NCBI GenBank assembly: GCA_030295235.1
Contig: AP026137.1
Location: 62,001 to 126,000 of the forward strand
DNA from: Fistulifera solaris
Lineage: Eukaryota
Reading direction: 5' to 3'
DNA length: 64,000 nt
A program made the translations under genes and the position numbers. Below are positions 52,251-64,000 of this stretch, piece after piece (position 1 is the stretch's first letter; every line of letters starts with the position of its first letter). Below the pieces are notes generated by a model, which searched no databases, had not been told where the DNA came from, and saw nothing but the letters and a program-made list of their open reading frames with translations.

Positions 52251-53861
52251 ATGAACAACTACTACTTTCTCAAATTAATTCCGAACGAACGACTCGGCCA
52301 GGCCCCTCCGGTCGTCTCTTCGTTGGGCCGTATCTTACATTATCACGTTCCGCCGTGTTACGAATTTCGTAAACTGCCAACGTCCTGGAACGATATTGAT
52401 TGGGAAACGGATACTTGTATTTATGGAATCAAACGAATCTCTATATTGTCGAGGAGTTTCCGAAAGCTCATAAAGAACGCACAATTCTCTTTTCAGTGGA
52501 CATTGGGGAAGATTCCTTGCTGAATTTTGTGTTGATGAGTCCACACGATACGAAACTCGCCGAGATGGCGACCTTTCTATGGTCGTTGCAAGACTCGGGC
52601 GGGTTGTACATCCGAGGTCGACATTTGTTGGATTGGAAAGCCTTCCAACCGAAGCAATGGAGGCAAATTTTGCAGGCCCAACCGGCGTTGCATCTCCAAA
52701 CTGGCACGTGGACGCCGGCGCAATCCCGCGTGTTAGCGATGTATGCGTCTTGTTTACATTTCGGTGAAATGCCGGTCACCGGCGGTGAGGTGGCGTTTCA
52801 TGATGACGGAATGGCGTTTGTGCAAGCGCTCGCAAAACGCAAAACTCCCTTCCGCTGTCTCTCCGTGCAAACAATGCCGTGGAGTCACGAGAATCTGCGA
52901 CGCTTGTTGCAACAAGATATATTCGAGAAGCTCGTGCTTCCGAAGTTGGAAGAAAAAGACTGTGTTCTTTTACCTCTTTCTACTAAGGTTGATGCTCTGA
53001 ACTACACCATCGATGCAGCTTTGGTCCAGCCGGAGGACTTTGTCAACTTGGACATTGCAGCCCGACATCTCACGATACGATTCTTTTTGCTGTATGCGGG
53101 TCCGGATTGGGGCGAATCGGTGGCTTCCTTCTTGAAACGAGTGGCGGAGTTGGGACACTTTGAGCATTTGTGTATCAAACTCACGGACTTGGCACATCGA
53201 AGAAATCTCGAACCCGCCGAGACGGCACAAGCTCTCGTGGATGTCATACGGGGCAATCGATCATTGAAGCACTTGGATTTGTCGGGGCTGGATTGGATGT
53301 TTAGTTTGGATGTGGGTGCGTCGAGTGCGGTACCTCCTATGAAACAAGTTTGGGATGCCATAGAGGAACATTCTGAATCGCGTACCGTTACCCTGGGTAT
53401 ATATTCACCAGATCGCATTCAACGGATCGTCGAATATGCTTCACTGGAGCGGTTGCTGTCGCGAAATCGAAACGTTACGGTAATTGATAAAGAAGGAAAG
53501 CGAATTTCGAATGGATCCACAATTGACAAGTTGTATGCGTTGAATAGCTTCTATAACGGGTCGACCGATTTGATTTAAGCAATCGGTAACCCTACGACCG
53601 CTACTGATGGCAGTGGCGTTGACGGGAAGTGCCTTGACAAACTTTCAGTACACTGCACTGTTGCTGTCGCATCATGCTGATGTGTTGTGTGAGTTTGTGC
53701 ACGACGATCATACGAGTATTACCGCTGCACCATTGACGGAAGAGGCAATACCATCAACAGATTCAGCTCCTCCAGAAATTCTTTCGACGGGTCGGCCGAA
53801 ACGTAAAACGAGAGTACAGCCATCTCGGGCAGTGAAGAAGGCAGCGCGAGAAAATGTGTGA
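52251..53861 (+). CDS. Expanded LRR-like family member, two frameshifts
   Basis: ORFs 52251-52523, 52400-53578 and 53607-53861. Tail PKRKTRVQPSRAVKKAAR. Confidence 0.87.
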
Positions 53862-54198
53862 GCAATTTTGGGCTTCTCCCAGAACGTCAATATTGACGTT
53901 GTAAATTTTCTGGAGGCCGATAATGTATCTATCGGGTCGCACTCACCGCAAGTACCATCAGGAGCTAGAAGTTGCTTATACATGCTGAAGAATGAGTCTT
54001 CTCGTTCAGTGATTAAAGAAATTCAGAAGGACTCATAATCATGAGGAGTCGTCTAATTGCGTAGCTTTTTATCTCTTTATATCGACTTGTCGTGAGAATC
54101 GACTGAGCAGATGTATAGTCGCTTTTACGACTGAATTTTACTTCGGTCCCGCTTCATCTCATCGCGTCGCTCGTGACGGGAACCTATACCGAAATACA

Positions 54199-56416
54199 AT
54201 GGAATTGAAGTTGCAGAAGAACTTGATATTGTGGAATTTCTTTTGAAAGGAGACGATCGATTCCAAGCCGTTGCTCTTTTGAATACGATGGAGGATTTAA
54301 TGGGAACTAATCGACTGCATTACATTCAGCTAAAATTATATATGAGCGGACACTATCCCGAACATCTATCTGGAAACCTTGTGCATTTGATAATGGAATG
54401 TGCGGTGCTGGCGAACATTGCTATTGACAGCGTAAATCGGGCCGAGATGGAACTAATGATGGAGCATCCTCATCTCACGTCCTTTTATCATGTCCTGGCA
54501 GTCGTATTCTTCACAAACTTATTGCAAAAATCAATGATTGCATCGCGGAGACAAAACGCAGAAAGAATCCTCACATGGCTCTTCAATTCGTGGCCGAAGT
54601 GGTGCAGTGTACATTTCAGGAAGATCATGGACGTGAACGAGTTCCAACTATTGTGAAGCGCTTTCGCAAAACATCGGGAATAGAGCCCGAATATTTAGAA
54701 AAAACAGCGTTAGATATTCAAGGGTTCACTTCTTATGAAACGATGCTAGAGTCTGAGGGACGACTCTTCGGCAATCCGGGAGCTGCTGTTCGACGCGAAA
54801 CTGGACTTCTGCCTCATACGTGGTTTACTCCATGCGAAAGTATTGGAGGGGATTGCTGTATTTTGAATACGCAGCGAATTATTCAGGTTCTGATGAGTCT
54901 CGTGAAAGAAAATGGGATAGCTGTTGGTGATCCACGTGTCTGGGGACACCCATTTGATGAAATTAGTCGCCCCGCCCATCGAATTTGGGGTGATCTGGAT
55001 GAACCACTTGTGTCCAGTATATTACCGCAACTTTTACTGGTTTGCCGAAACACCCCTTTGCAGTATTTATCAGACCGGTCACATTTGATCACAGTTCTTG
55101 ACCTGCTGCATCGCCACTTGAAAGGGGATCCGAAAAGACCAGTCCCGATTGCTCTCACCTTTGGGATTCATGCGGTCGTGATGTCTATTTTTGTCCTTCA
55201 AGGAGACGGCGATTTGGCTCGTATTGCTGCTTCGACAAAGCGATCTTATGATTTGTTATTCGATCAGCTGCGGGCAGCTTCTGATAGAAGAGAATTGTCC
55301 GGAAATTCTCCTGCTTTCTACACTAACGTCAATTTATTTGGTAGTCTCGAGCAGCTTGCAAACCCAGCGGCGACGGGTTTCACGTTGAGTGAAGAGGTGA
55401 ACTCGCCCCGGGCCAAGCTGCTTTGATTGTGGAACCCACTAATTGGAGGACAGTATCTTTTGTATGCAACGTTTATTTGCTCCATTGGTCTTGGATCTTC
55501 AACTGTTGATTCGTTGGGCCAATTGAGAGCCGCACTTCATTTGTACAACGGACTTCAGCTTCCGTCATCCCACTTTGAATATTTCCTTTCTAAAGAGTTT
55601 GGACAACGTTTTTCAGGATACGGAAGCAGTTTAGGGGGGAAAGCCAGAAAAGGGTTTTTGTTGCGATGCTTTTTGGACGTCGATGGGAATGAATCCTAGG
55701 CGAGCTAATCGTCTAGCTTGTGAGCGTCTCAAAAACGTAGACGTTTTCGGAATCAACGGCGAAATATGGGAGGGCGACATAAAGAGGTAAGACAATGTTT
55801 TGCGAGAAGAAATGTTTCAAGTTTTCTTATCAATTTGCCATTTCTGCGCACAGAAAGCCGGTTGAGATACGTCCCGAGGATTTTAGTATCTCGTATCGAT
55901 GCCATCTACTACACGATCTGGGATCTAAGGAACTTTCGACTCATCGCACAACCCGGAATGCAACAGCAGGAGCGGCGAGTGGGACATCCAAAAATAGGCG
56001 ATCTGATTTTTTGAAAGAAATATGGAAAAAAAATTGAAATTACCATTGATGCTATACATGACGAGAAAGACAGCATTCTTCCACTGAACTTCACAGCCAT
56101 TGGGTCTATTATGCTCGAGTTCGTGGATGCGCTGTCTGATCATATGGGATGGTCAAGAATGATCGAAGATACACTTCGAAAGAAGCAATCGATCCGTCTT
56201 TTCGAAAACCAGGGAGCGAATTTCGCGGGAGGGATCAACGCGTCCGTTCTTCAAGTGAAGCGCATTATTATGAGTCATTTGATTGGGGTTCTCTTACTGT
56301 GCGTTGATAGAGACTATGCTTCCAGCAAAGATTGGCTAGATATTAACAAAGTATCTGAATTCACCAAATCGATTTTTCGGCAACATCGAGAAAAAGCGCT
56401 ACGTATTTTTCGTTGA
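54199..56416 (+). CDS. Unrelated hypothetical protein, interrupted (frameshifts, in-frame TGA at 55424), with a probable intron at 55787-55853
   Basis: Consecutive protein-like ORFs 54231-54656, 54575-55426, 55427-55699, 55795-56037 and 56111-56416; GTAAGA...pyrimidine tract...CAG 67-bp intron; no family motifs. Confidence 0.65.
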
Positions 56417-56733
56417 GGTAATACAGACTGAGTTCCGTCGGCTCCTTCACGTATAATGTGCCCGCAGAGTAGATGGTAAATCCAATAGTTCTACTATCAA
56501 TCTTTAATTTTCACTGAATTTGAGACTGGTGACTGCTAAATGTGTCAATTTCGCAGAAGTAAATTAGCTGCGCATTTCTTGTGCTTTTCGTGCTTCTTGC
56601 GAAAATTAGCGCCGATAGCATCAATCTTCACTCAAGATTCATCATGCATTTCAACAATAATCCGACTCTTTGAACGGCCAGACTTAAAATTATTGACAAA
56701 CGCCCTTATACACAACATTAACTAAAAAGCTAC

Positions 56734-58334
56734 TCAGCTGTCATCACGTGCGACTCTCTTCACAGCCCGGGGCGGCTGAATTCGTAATTTGCGCTTCGCT
56801 CGATCCGGGATTCGACAAGGAGCATCCAAACTATCGCAGGTATCGATTTCTTGTATGAATTCACACAATAAATCCGTGTGATCGGAAAGCAAGAGCGAGG
56901 TGTACTGCAAGCTCGTCGAAGAGACCAGCGCCGTCGCCAGCAGCAAGGGTCTCCAGGTCGTAAATTCCTGCACGAGACTCGCCGATCCATGGTAAAAGCG
57001 ATTGAGTGCGTAAATCTTGTCAATACTGGACCCGTTGGTGTAAATATCTCCCGAATTGTTCAGGACTGTCAAGTTGCGGTTGCGCGACAACAAACGCTCC
57101 AGCCAGGCATCATCGAATCGGAACATTCTCTCGAATTCTTCGTGTTCCCACTGATTGTCGTCGGCGTACTTTTGGGGCGTATGACCCTGCACGACCACGG
57201 TCCGCAACGCCGGATGATCTTCCAGGGCCTGGAATATACGCTGCAAATGCGGAGCCCAATCCAAGCGACAATGCGTCCGACCCACATCCAGATGTTTCAA
57301 GTGCGGATTGGCCTGGATGGCACGAACCAACGCATCCGCCACGGGCGCGACTTGTTGAACCGTAAACTGATCATCGAGATCGAAGTCTTCCAAGCCCTCA
57401 TTCCACCAATAGTCAATCGAAAGCGTCAATCGTTCGAAATGACCCAACGCGGCCACGCGGTTCAAAAACGCCACCAAAATTCCACTCCAATTGTCATCGT
57501 CGTCCAGCAAAAATGTAATTTTTAGGTCCTTGGCGACGATATTGAGAGAAGAAAAATCCTGCCGTCGCAGCAAATCGCCATACACCTCATATTCAAGAGT
57601 CTTTACGGGAGCACACAAGGGACGAAAAGAAAAGGGTGCATACAAGCTGTTGATGACGAGCGTTTCGAACACATGCAGTTGCAACAGCTGGTTCAAGTAC
57701 GGTATATCCTCCGTATCAATTTTCAATTGCAGAGCCCCAAACGACGAGTGTCGTTTCTTCAATGCATCAATAAAAGCAATACCCTTGTCAGGAAAGGGAC
57801 AACCCACCAGTTTCACATACAACGGAACCGATCTCGTGGCGAGTACGACGGACTGCTCGACACTCAAGACACCTTCGGTAATGACGAGCAGTCGTGCCGG
57901 ATTCGCCTCCAAAATTTGAGTCACTTGGGCGGCCGACAACGCCATAAAGCTCGATCGCTTTGCTTCGATGCGCAACCATGTTGTGTCGTCCACCTGCAAC
58001 GAAGACCAAAAGGCGACCGTCTCCGCCACGGCTTTGTCGGTTTCGCCGTAGATGGAACATTCGATACAGTATTTGGTTTCATTATAATAGGTCAAAAGAC
58101 ATCGCGGCGCGGCAATTTGCTACAGCCGTGGTGAATTAAAATCACCGAACCATTGTCCCGCCAAATCATCATTTTATCGCGATAATACGTCCAATCAATC
58201 TCTTCCAGATGCGTCGGTTCCTTTCGAAGGGTATAAACGGGCAGGTAATCGACGTCAGGTCGTAGAGCCGCTTGTCGTGGCGACAAATCCGCGCGCGGAA
58301 TGTGTTGTAAGATATCGTTCTTTCGCGAATTCAT
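56734..58334 (-). CDS. Expanded LRR-like family member, one frameshift at ~58095
   Basis: MNSRKNDILQHIP followed by a 453 aa ORF. Tail AKRKLRIQPPRAVKRVAR. Confidence 0.9.
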
Positions 58335-59265
58335 CTTCTGAGCGAATGAATAGTCTATTTCGTGCGGAAGGTAGTTCATTTAGGATTGATAGATGATCGA
58401 TGCTTGATTAGAAAGCGTGTTTGTGAAGAGGAATATCAAGGAAAAGAATAGCTCCTCCACTCACAATGCTGTCATTCTTATTTTCTTTGCAATGCGATGA
58501 GAGCGTTCGCGCCTTCTTGCGGAGCAGCTTTTTTCGCGGCAAAACGAAGCGCAAGAAGCATCGAGTACCGGAAACTTGTCCGTTGTTTAATACGCAGACC
58601 GTGTTTTGGGTCAATGAAAAACGTGATACTATATTACACTTACAATAGCTTTTCTGTCGCAGCGATGTGCTGTTCCATTCACTATCGACCGTTGTGTAGA
58701 CGACTTTTTCCACGACTGCACTTCGGTCACGAGTAAACATGGGTGCGCAATCGATGAGCTACTTGTAAATAAGCTTATAACTCATTGCGCGCAATAAGTG
58801 AGACATTAGAGATAGCCGTTCGTTGTGCTATATTCGTGAGTTACATTAGAAGCTCTGCAATTTCCCCTTGTCGGTAACTACGATGATCGGAAGGGATGAT
58901 TATTGAATAGCTTCAACGAATTGCGAAGAAAAGCACCCTAATAATCGTTAGCGTACAGAAACAACGAAAGACCGTTATCAACTTATTCTTGCGACGACTC
59001 ACGGCGCTACGATGTCGCGAAGCCGTAGGCTGCCAAAATGGAATTTTGAATTATGCAGTATAGTGAAGTACTTCCTCATTTCCGAGCTGCTTTTCTGGTA
59101 ACCGGTGGCGAATGATCCCGCGATCGTTTGGACGTTACAGCTCGTTGTAGTGTAGAGGAAGCCGAGGCCGGTGAAATCGAATCCTCTACTATTAGATCTG
59201 TCACATCCGTAACATCCAGACCATGAATTGCTCGATACCATTTCAACAATCGTCCCATTTATCAA

Positions 59266-60555
59266 TTGCAATGGGAGCCTTCGTCTTTGAATGAATTTGA
59301 ATTTAATGCACAGCACGATATAGTATTTCGGTATGAGTCGGACACGTTCATTCGTGTCGGCAAAGAAAAATTTGGAGGACTCGGTTCTTTCGTGTTTTGT
59401 TTCGCATTGGTGATCCCCAAACGCAATACATTGGAATGCGTCATTTACGGCAATTCCAGTGCTGCTATCGCCAAGGCCGCCACGTTTTTCTTGTCATTAA
59501 AGCATCCGGGAGAAAACGCCTCTCTCATCATTCGAGGTTGTGGACCCGCGGGCTTTCCAGTTTCGGCTTTACAGCCCGAGCAGTTGGCTCAAATCTTGGA
59601 TGCGAATCCGAAACGGCATCTCCAATTAGAGTCGGGAACCTGGACGGCCGAACAAGCCGTCATTCTAGCAAACAGGCCGTATTCTTTGCAATTGACTCTC
59701 ATCAAGTCGTACAATATATTGCCATGTACATTTGCGTTTGCCGACCAGGGCACAGCTTTCGTTGAAGCTCTAGCCCAACGACAAACTTCCTTTGGTGCAC
59801 TTTCCATCGACTTTAAGGATGAAATGCCCTTCAGCAGCAAGAATCTAAAACGTCTTATGCATTTGGAGACACTCACCAAGCTCAAGCTGTGTCCCATGAA
59901 CGAAGAAAGCGTCTTTCTCCCCTTCTCCGCCCGGGCGAAAGCCCTGCACTACACGATGTATTCAAGGAACATTGTGCCGCAATTAATCGACTACGTACAC
60001 ATTCTTCCCAGAGATTTATGTCTGAAAATTCATTTGTACTATCAAAGTTGGGATCAATTTTTGATATTTTTCTTCAATCGACTGACCGAATTGAGGCATT
60101 TTGAAAGACTAAGCCTGTCGATTGCATTTCGCCCACAAAAGTTGGATCACGACCGATTGGTGTTTGTTGTTGAGGCACTGATGAATATGATTTATGCGAA
60201 TCAAAAGTTAAAGTATTTGAGCTTGGGCGGATTTCCTTTAGTAAAAGGTTTGTGCTTACAACAGGTATGCAAGGCCTTGGAGGATCACCGGGGTATTCGT
60301 ACTTTAGCAATACAACATCAACCGAAGAGCGGTTTTAAGAAGAATGCCGAGTTCTTTTCATGGGTGGAGCAACTGCTTTCCAGCAACCGAAAAATTGAGG
60401 TAGTGGATGAAGCTGGCAAAAGGTTCTCCGATGGACCCAGAGCCAACGCTTTGAAGAGTGAAACCGGGTGGACATGCCGTAAACGACTCTGCCAAACGGA
60501 CATTCGATCCTTCTTGCGAGTAACCAAGAGGCCGCGCACCGGAACTCAAGCTTAA
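59266..60555 (+). CDS. Family member with unresolved start and in-frame loss of the C-terminal conserved block
   Basis: 429 aa open frame; after LLSSNRKIEVVDEAGKRFSDG the IDxLYALNR...LCE block is missing. Confidence 0.75.
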   Translation: MQWEPSSLNEFEFNAQHDIVFRYESDTFIRVGKEKFGGLGSFVFCFALVIPKRNTLECVIYGNSSAAIAKAATFFLSLKHPGENASLIIRGCGPAGFPVSALQPEQLAQILDANPKRHLQLESGTWTAEQAVILANRPYSLQLTLIKSYNILPCTFAFADQGTAFVEALAQRQTSFGALSIDFKDEMPFSSKNLKRLMHLETLTKLKLCPMNEESVFLPFSARAKALHYTMYSRNIVPQLIDYVHILPRDLCLKIHLYYQSWDQFLIFFFNRLTELRHFERLSLSIAFRPQKLDHDRLVFVVEALMNMIYANQKLKYLSLGGFPLVKGLCLQQVCKALEDHRGIRTLAIQHQPKSGFKKNAEFFSWVEQLLSSNRKIEVVDEAGKRFSDGPRANALKSETGWTCRKRLCQTDIRSFLRVTKRPRTGTQA

Positions 60556-60847
60556 TAAGTTTCGACACGAGCCAAAATCCTTGTTGGACTTTTGCAACAT
60601 CTAGCTAGAGCGAGGAAAAATCGAACCTTTTTGAATTAGTTGATGAAAGTACATAAGACTTCACACCGGTACCGGTACCATGACTTCTACTTTTACCGAT
60701 ACAGTCGTTTTGCGTTTGATCGCGGTTCGCGGTTCGAAAAAGACTGACGAAAACAACACGGGACGAGAAATAAAGACAAAAGAACTTTCTTCTTCATCTG
60801 CGTTCTCTTCGCAATTGAAAGCATTTCGAAAACTACAAGCACATAAG

Positions 60848-62462
60848 ATGAATGACAAAGGAAAAAGAGGGATATTTTTTTTTAAGCTCATTCCGCATGA
60901 TGAGCTATCGCCCGAGCAAAAGGAATTCGAACTGAGCCAGCGCGGAGAGCAAGTGCAATTCTATAAGTTTTTGCGAGAGCCGACTCGCTTCAACGAGATC
61001 GACTGGCGAAACTATCGCAACGCAGCACTCTGGCGCAATAACGGGACGTTCATTTGTTTCCCAACGACATCTGGTGTTCAAAAAATTCGGAAACGACGTA
61101 TATACTTTAAAGTGTATAATGTCGGCAAAATACGACAGCTACGGGGCGACATTTACGGCAAAACCGACGCTGCTATTGCGGAGACTGCAGCGTTTTTCTT
61201 GTCTCTCAAGCTCACAGGAAAGATCAAAGGGTTACAAATCGGGAATCATGCATTCTTTTAGTGGACGGGATGATTTTGATGTTGCGTCCTTGAGGCCAGA
61301 CCAACTCGCTCAAATCATAGATTCAAATCCTACTCAGCGTTTGGAGCTATTTTACGGAACTTGGACTCCAGAGCAGTCTGTAGTATTAGCGACTAGACCG
61401 TACGCATTGAATATGACGATTCGCAGCTTTGGAGAGCGTGGATTTCAATTTCAAGATGATGGGTATGCGTTTGTCGATGCAGCTCGAACTCAACAAACAT
61501 ATTTCGGCTCAATCATAATCGGTGGTAGCCCTTTCTGCCCTGCCAATCTCCGACATCTTTTTAATTACTCAACTTTCGAGAAAATTGGAATTAGTGGTTT
61601 GAATGGGGAAAATGCCGTCCTTCCCCTAGCTGCTAAGACGAACTCTTTGGTTTACTCGGTCCATGCACAATACATCCGGCTTGAAGGCTTTGTTGCTCTC
61701 GACATTTCGGCCAAAGATTTGGACTTAAAAATTGATGGGGCCGATAGAAGTGACTGGACTAGGCTTCTTATTCCGCTCATGAATAGACTGGCTGAGCTAG
61801 GCCACATGGAGAGGTTGAAATTAACATCCGACTATAAGATTCCGATGAGTGACGTAAGACCTTTTGTTGACGCACTTGTACACGCCGTGAACAGCAATTC
61901 GCACTTGTCACATTTGGATTTGAGCATGATCTACTGGCTCATGGAGTTTGATATATTGGAGGCCATTCTCATTGCTGCGGAAGGTCATGCCGGGCTACGT
62001 ACGCTTGTGATTGAAAACGATTTTTTCGCTACAGACAAGTTCGACACCTGGTTAGAGCGAGTGCTCTCGCGCAACCGCAACATCACGGTACTGGACGCGA
62101 GAGGGAAAAGAATTACCAATAACGCTAAAATCGTCGCACTCTATCAATTGAATCGGTTTTACAATGGATCAGCAGCACTCATGAAAGAGTCCGCATTGGT
62201 GCGACCATTGTTGGTGACAACAGCACTGGCAGAGAGCGCGTCAAGCAATTTTCAACGCAGTGGGCTACTCCTATCGAACCACACGGATACCATGTGTGAA
62301 TTGCTCCATGAACTGGATCGCGATACCACTGCTGCTACTGCGAGAGGTTTCGTACCGGAAGACGTAGTGCCGTCACATTCTCGTCAACGTGGGTCTCGTC
62401 GAGTAAAACGAGCGAAGGGTCAGTCGTTGCGTGCCAAGAAGGCAGCTCGAACTTACGCTTGA
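60848..62462 (+). CDS. Expanded LRR-like family member, one frameshift at ~61255
   Basis: MNDKGKRGIFFFKLIPHDELSPEQK; ORFs 60680-61261 and 61074-62462. Tail VKRAKGQSLRAKKAAR. Confidence 0.9.
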
Positions 62463-63058
62463 ACACATTTTCTTTCTCGAAACTCTTAGTATATCATGGA
62501 AATTGGCTTTTAGTTGACCAGGAGCCCGCCTTGCAAGACTATACCAAGTAAATTAAAATTAGCACTGCTTTATGGATGGTGCACTTTATATCTTTAACTA
62601 GCTTAGACGTTTGTGGGAACAATTTGCTGCAGCTGCTTGTAAGAGACTCTGATGAAAAGAGACTTTATAAAGACTCACAACTAAGAGGAGTCTTGTAGCA
62701 ATAAGTTGGCCCTTGATTATTTTACTGTAAGCATTTACTGTCGAGGACTAGAGATTGCAGTCTCTGTACTCCACTGCTGCGACATGCTTGTAGTTATAGT
62801 AGAAACTAAGGTTTCAGGTTTCAGACTAAAGGAATCGTACAGGTACCCGGTTGTAGTAAAAACTACGGAGTAAGGTTATAGTCTGAAACATCAAAAAAAA
62901 AAATTACAGACGCATGAGCCGCACGTTTTTGCATCCATTTGATTATTCATTCATTCATAATATTGACCTTTCTCTGGTTCATTACTCCGTAGTCAATTAT
63001 TCTTGATCGAATAAGCCAGGGAGCACCTTAATTCAGCACTCAGCTCTCTTTGCTGACA

Positions 63059-64000
63059 ATGGAAACCGCAAGGAAAAGGAAACACGGCGTGTTCTTGGAA
63101 CTCATTCCTCCCGATCAATTGTCGGCGCAACAAAGGCACTTTTGCAACCCTCGGACCCACAACGGAAGCCTTTACCCTTGTATCGATTGTTGCGAGAACC
63201 GACGTATTTGCAGGACATTGATTGGTATCAGTATCGCGATTTTTGCATCTATCGCGAAAATGGAACGACCATTTCCTTGTGTCACGATCGAGACTTTTAC
63301 CCTCCCACACGGCGCAGTCTTTCGTTTTGGTTGCACGAAGATGGTTTGTATTTGAGTTGTATCATCGTCGGAACAACCGATGCCGCGGTGGCCGAGACGG
63401 CGACGTATTTTTGGTCGATTCCGTCGCGCGACACATTTCCGGGTCGTCTGCACCTTCGCCACAAATGTCCGTTTGAGTTTCGTGCCCTAGAACCCGAACA
63501 ATTGGCTCAAATACTGGATGCGAATCCTAGGCGGTGTCTCGATATTTCGGCGTACACGTTCACCGTACAACAATCCATGGTGCTAGCGACACGGCCGCAT
63601 CCGGTCCGATTGAGAGTGGTACATGGCGGGCTTGCGTTTGAAGATGACGGAACGGCTTTTGTCGATGCGTTAGAGCAACGACAAGCCTCGTACGGGGAAC
63701 TGGATATTGAGTGCAATACGGATGGGATGCCCTTTAGCCGAAACAATCTGCGACGTCTTCTGCAACTGGATATTTTGGATAGACTTATACTCAGTCCGCT
63801 GGCAGGGGGAGTTGGCTCTACTTCCGTTTTCCGCCAAGGTCAAGGCCCTCGATTACAGTCTGGATGCCTCATTTGTGAACGTAGAGGACCTCCGCACTCT
63901 GCAGATTGTGACAAAGGATCTCAACGTGAAAATATATCTCGACGACGATGACGAGTTTGCGTATGATTTTCCGCTTGCGTTTCTGGACCGATTGGCGGAG
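63059..64000 (+). CDS. Expanded LRR-like family member; 3' part beyond the window
   Basis: METARKRKHGVFLELIPPDQLSAQQ; ORF 63142-63951; ends at FLDRLAE at the window edge. Confidence 0.88.

Overview
Eukaryotic, gene-dense DNA, most likely from a pennate diatom. I recall very similar hypothetical proteins in Fistulifera, but did not verify this. About two thirds of the window is one paralog cluster of ~28 copies (about 21 near full-length, about 7 fragments or chimeras) of an intronless ~500-550 aa protein family lying on both strands. The family has fixed conserved blocks (FLELIPxxxLSxxQ / YRxxREP / IWRENGT / IYGxTDAAIAETATFFWSL / QPEQLAQILDANP / LATRPYPL / DGTAFVDALExRxSSFGSL / LLPFSAKV / NRVAELGHFERL / WLERLLSRNR / NGxTIDxLYALNRFYNGS / TALLLSxHxDxLCE) separated by hypervariable segments. 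It has a degenerate RNI-like LRR C-terminal half and a basic NLS-like tail. Only two copies are uninterrupted. Most breaks I checked are single-base indels in short homopolymers and also affect unrelated genes, so many are probably consensus errors, although several copies are truly deleted or fused. Three unrelated genes are embedded: a Cys-rich membrane protein, a VWA/Cache alpha2delta-like membrane protein and an unknown intron-containing gene. The intergenic DNA holds an internally deleted PIF/Harbinger element, two GT-microsatellite Helitron-like elements, several MITEs, dispersed 34-bp hairpin repeat arrays, many TA-flanked transposon-footprint-like words and a recurring upstream dyad motif.
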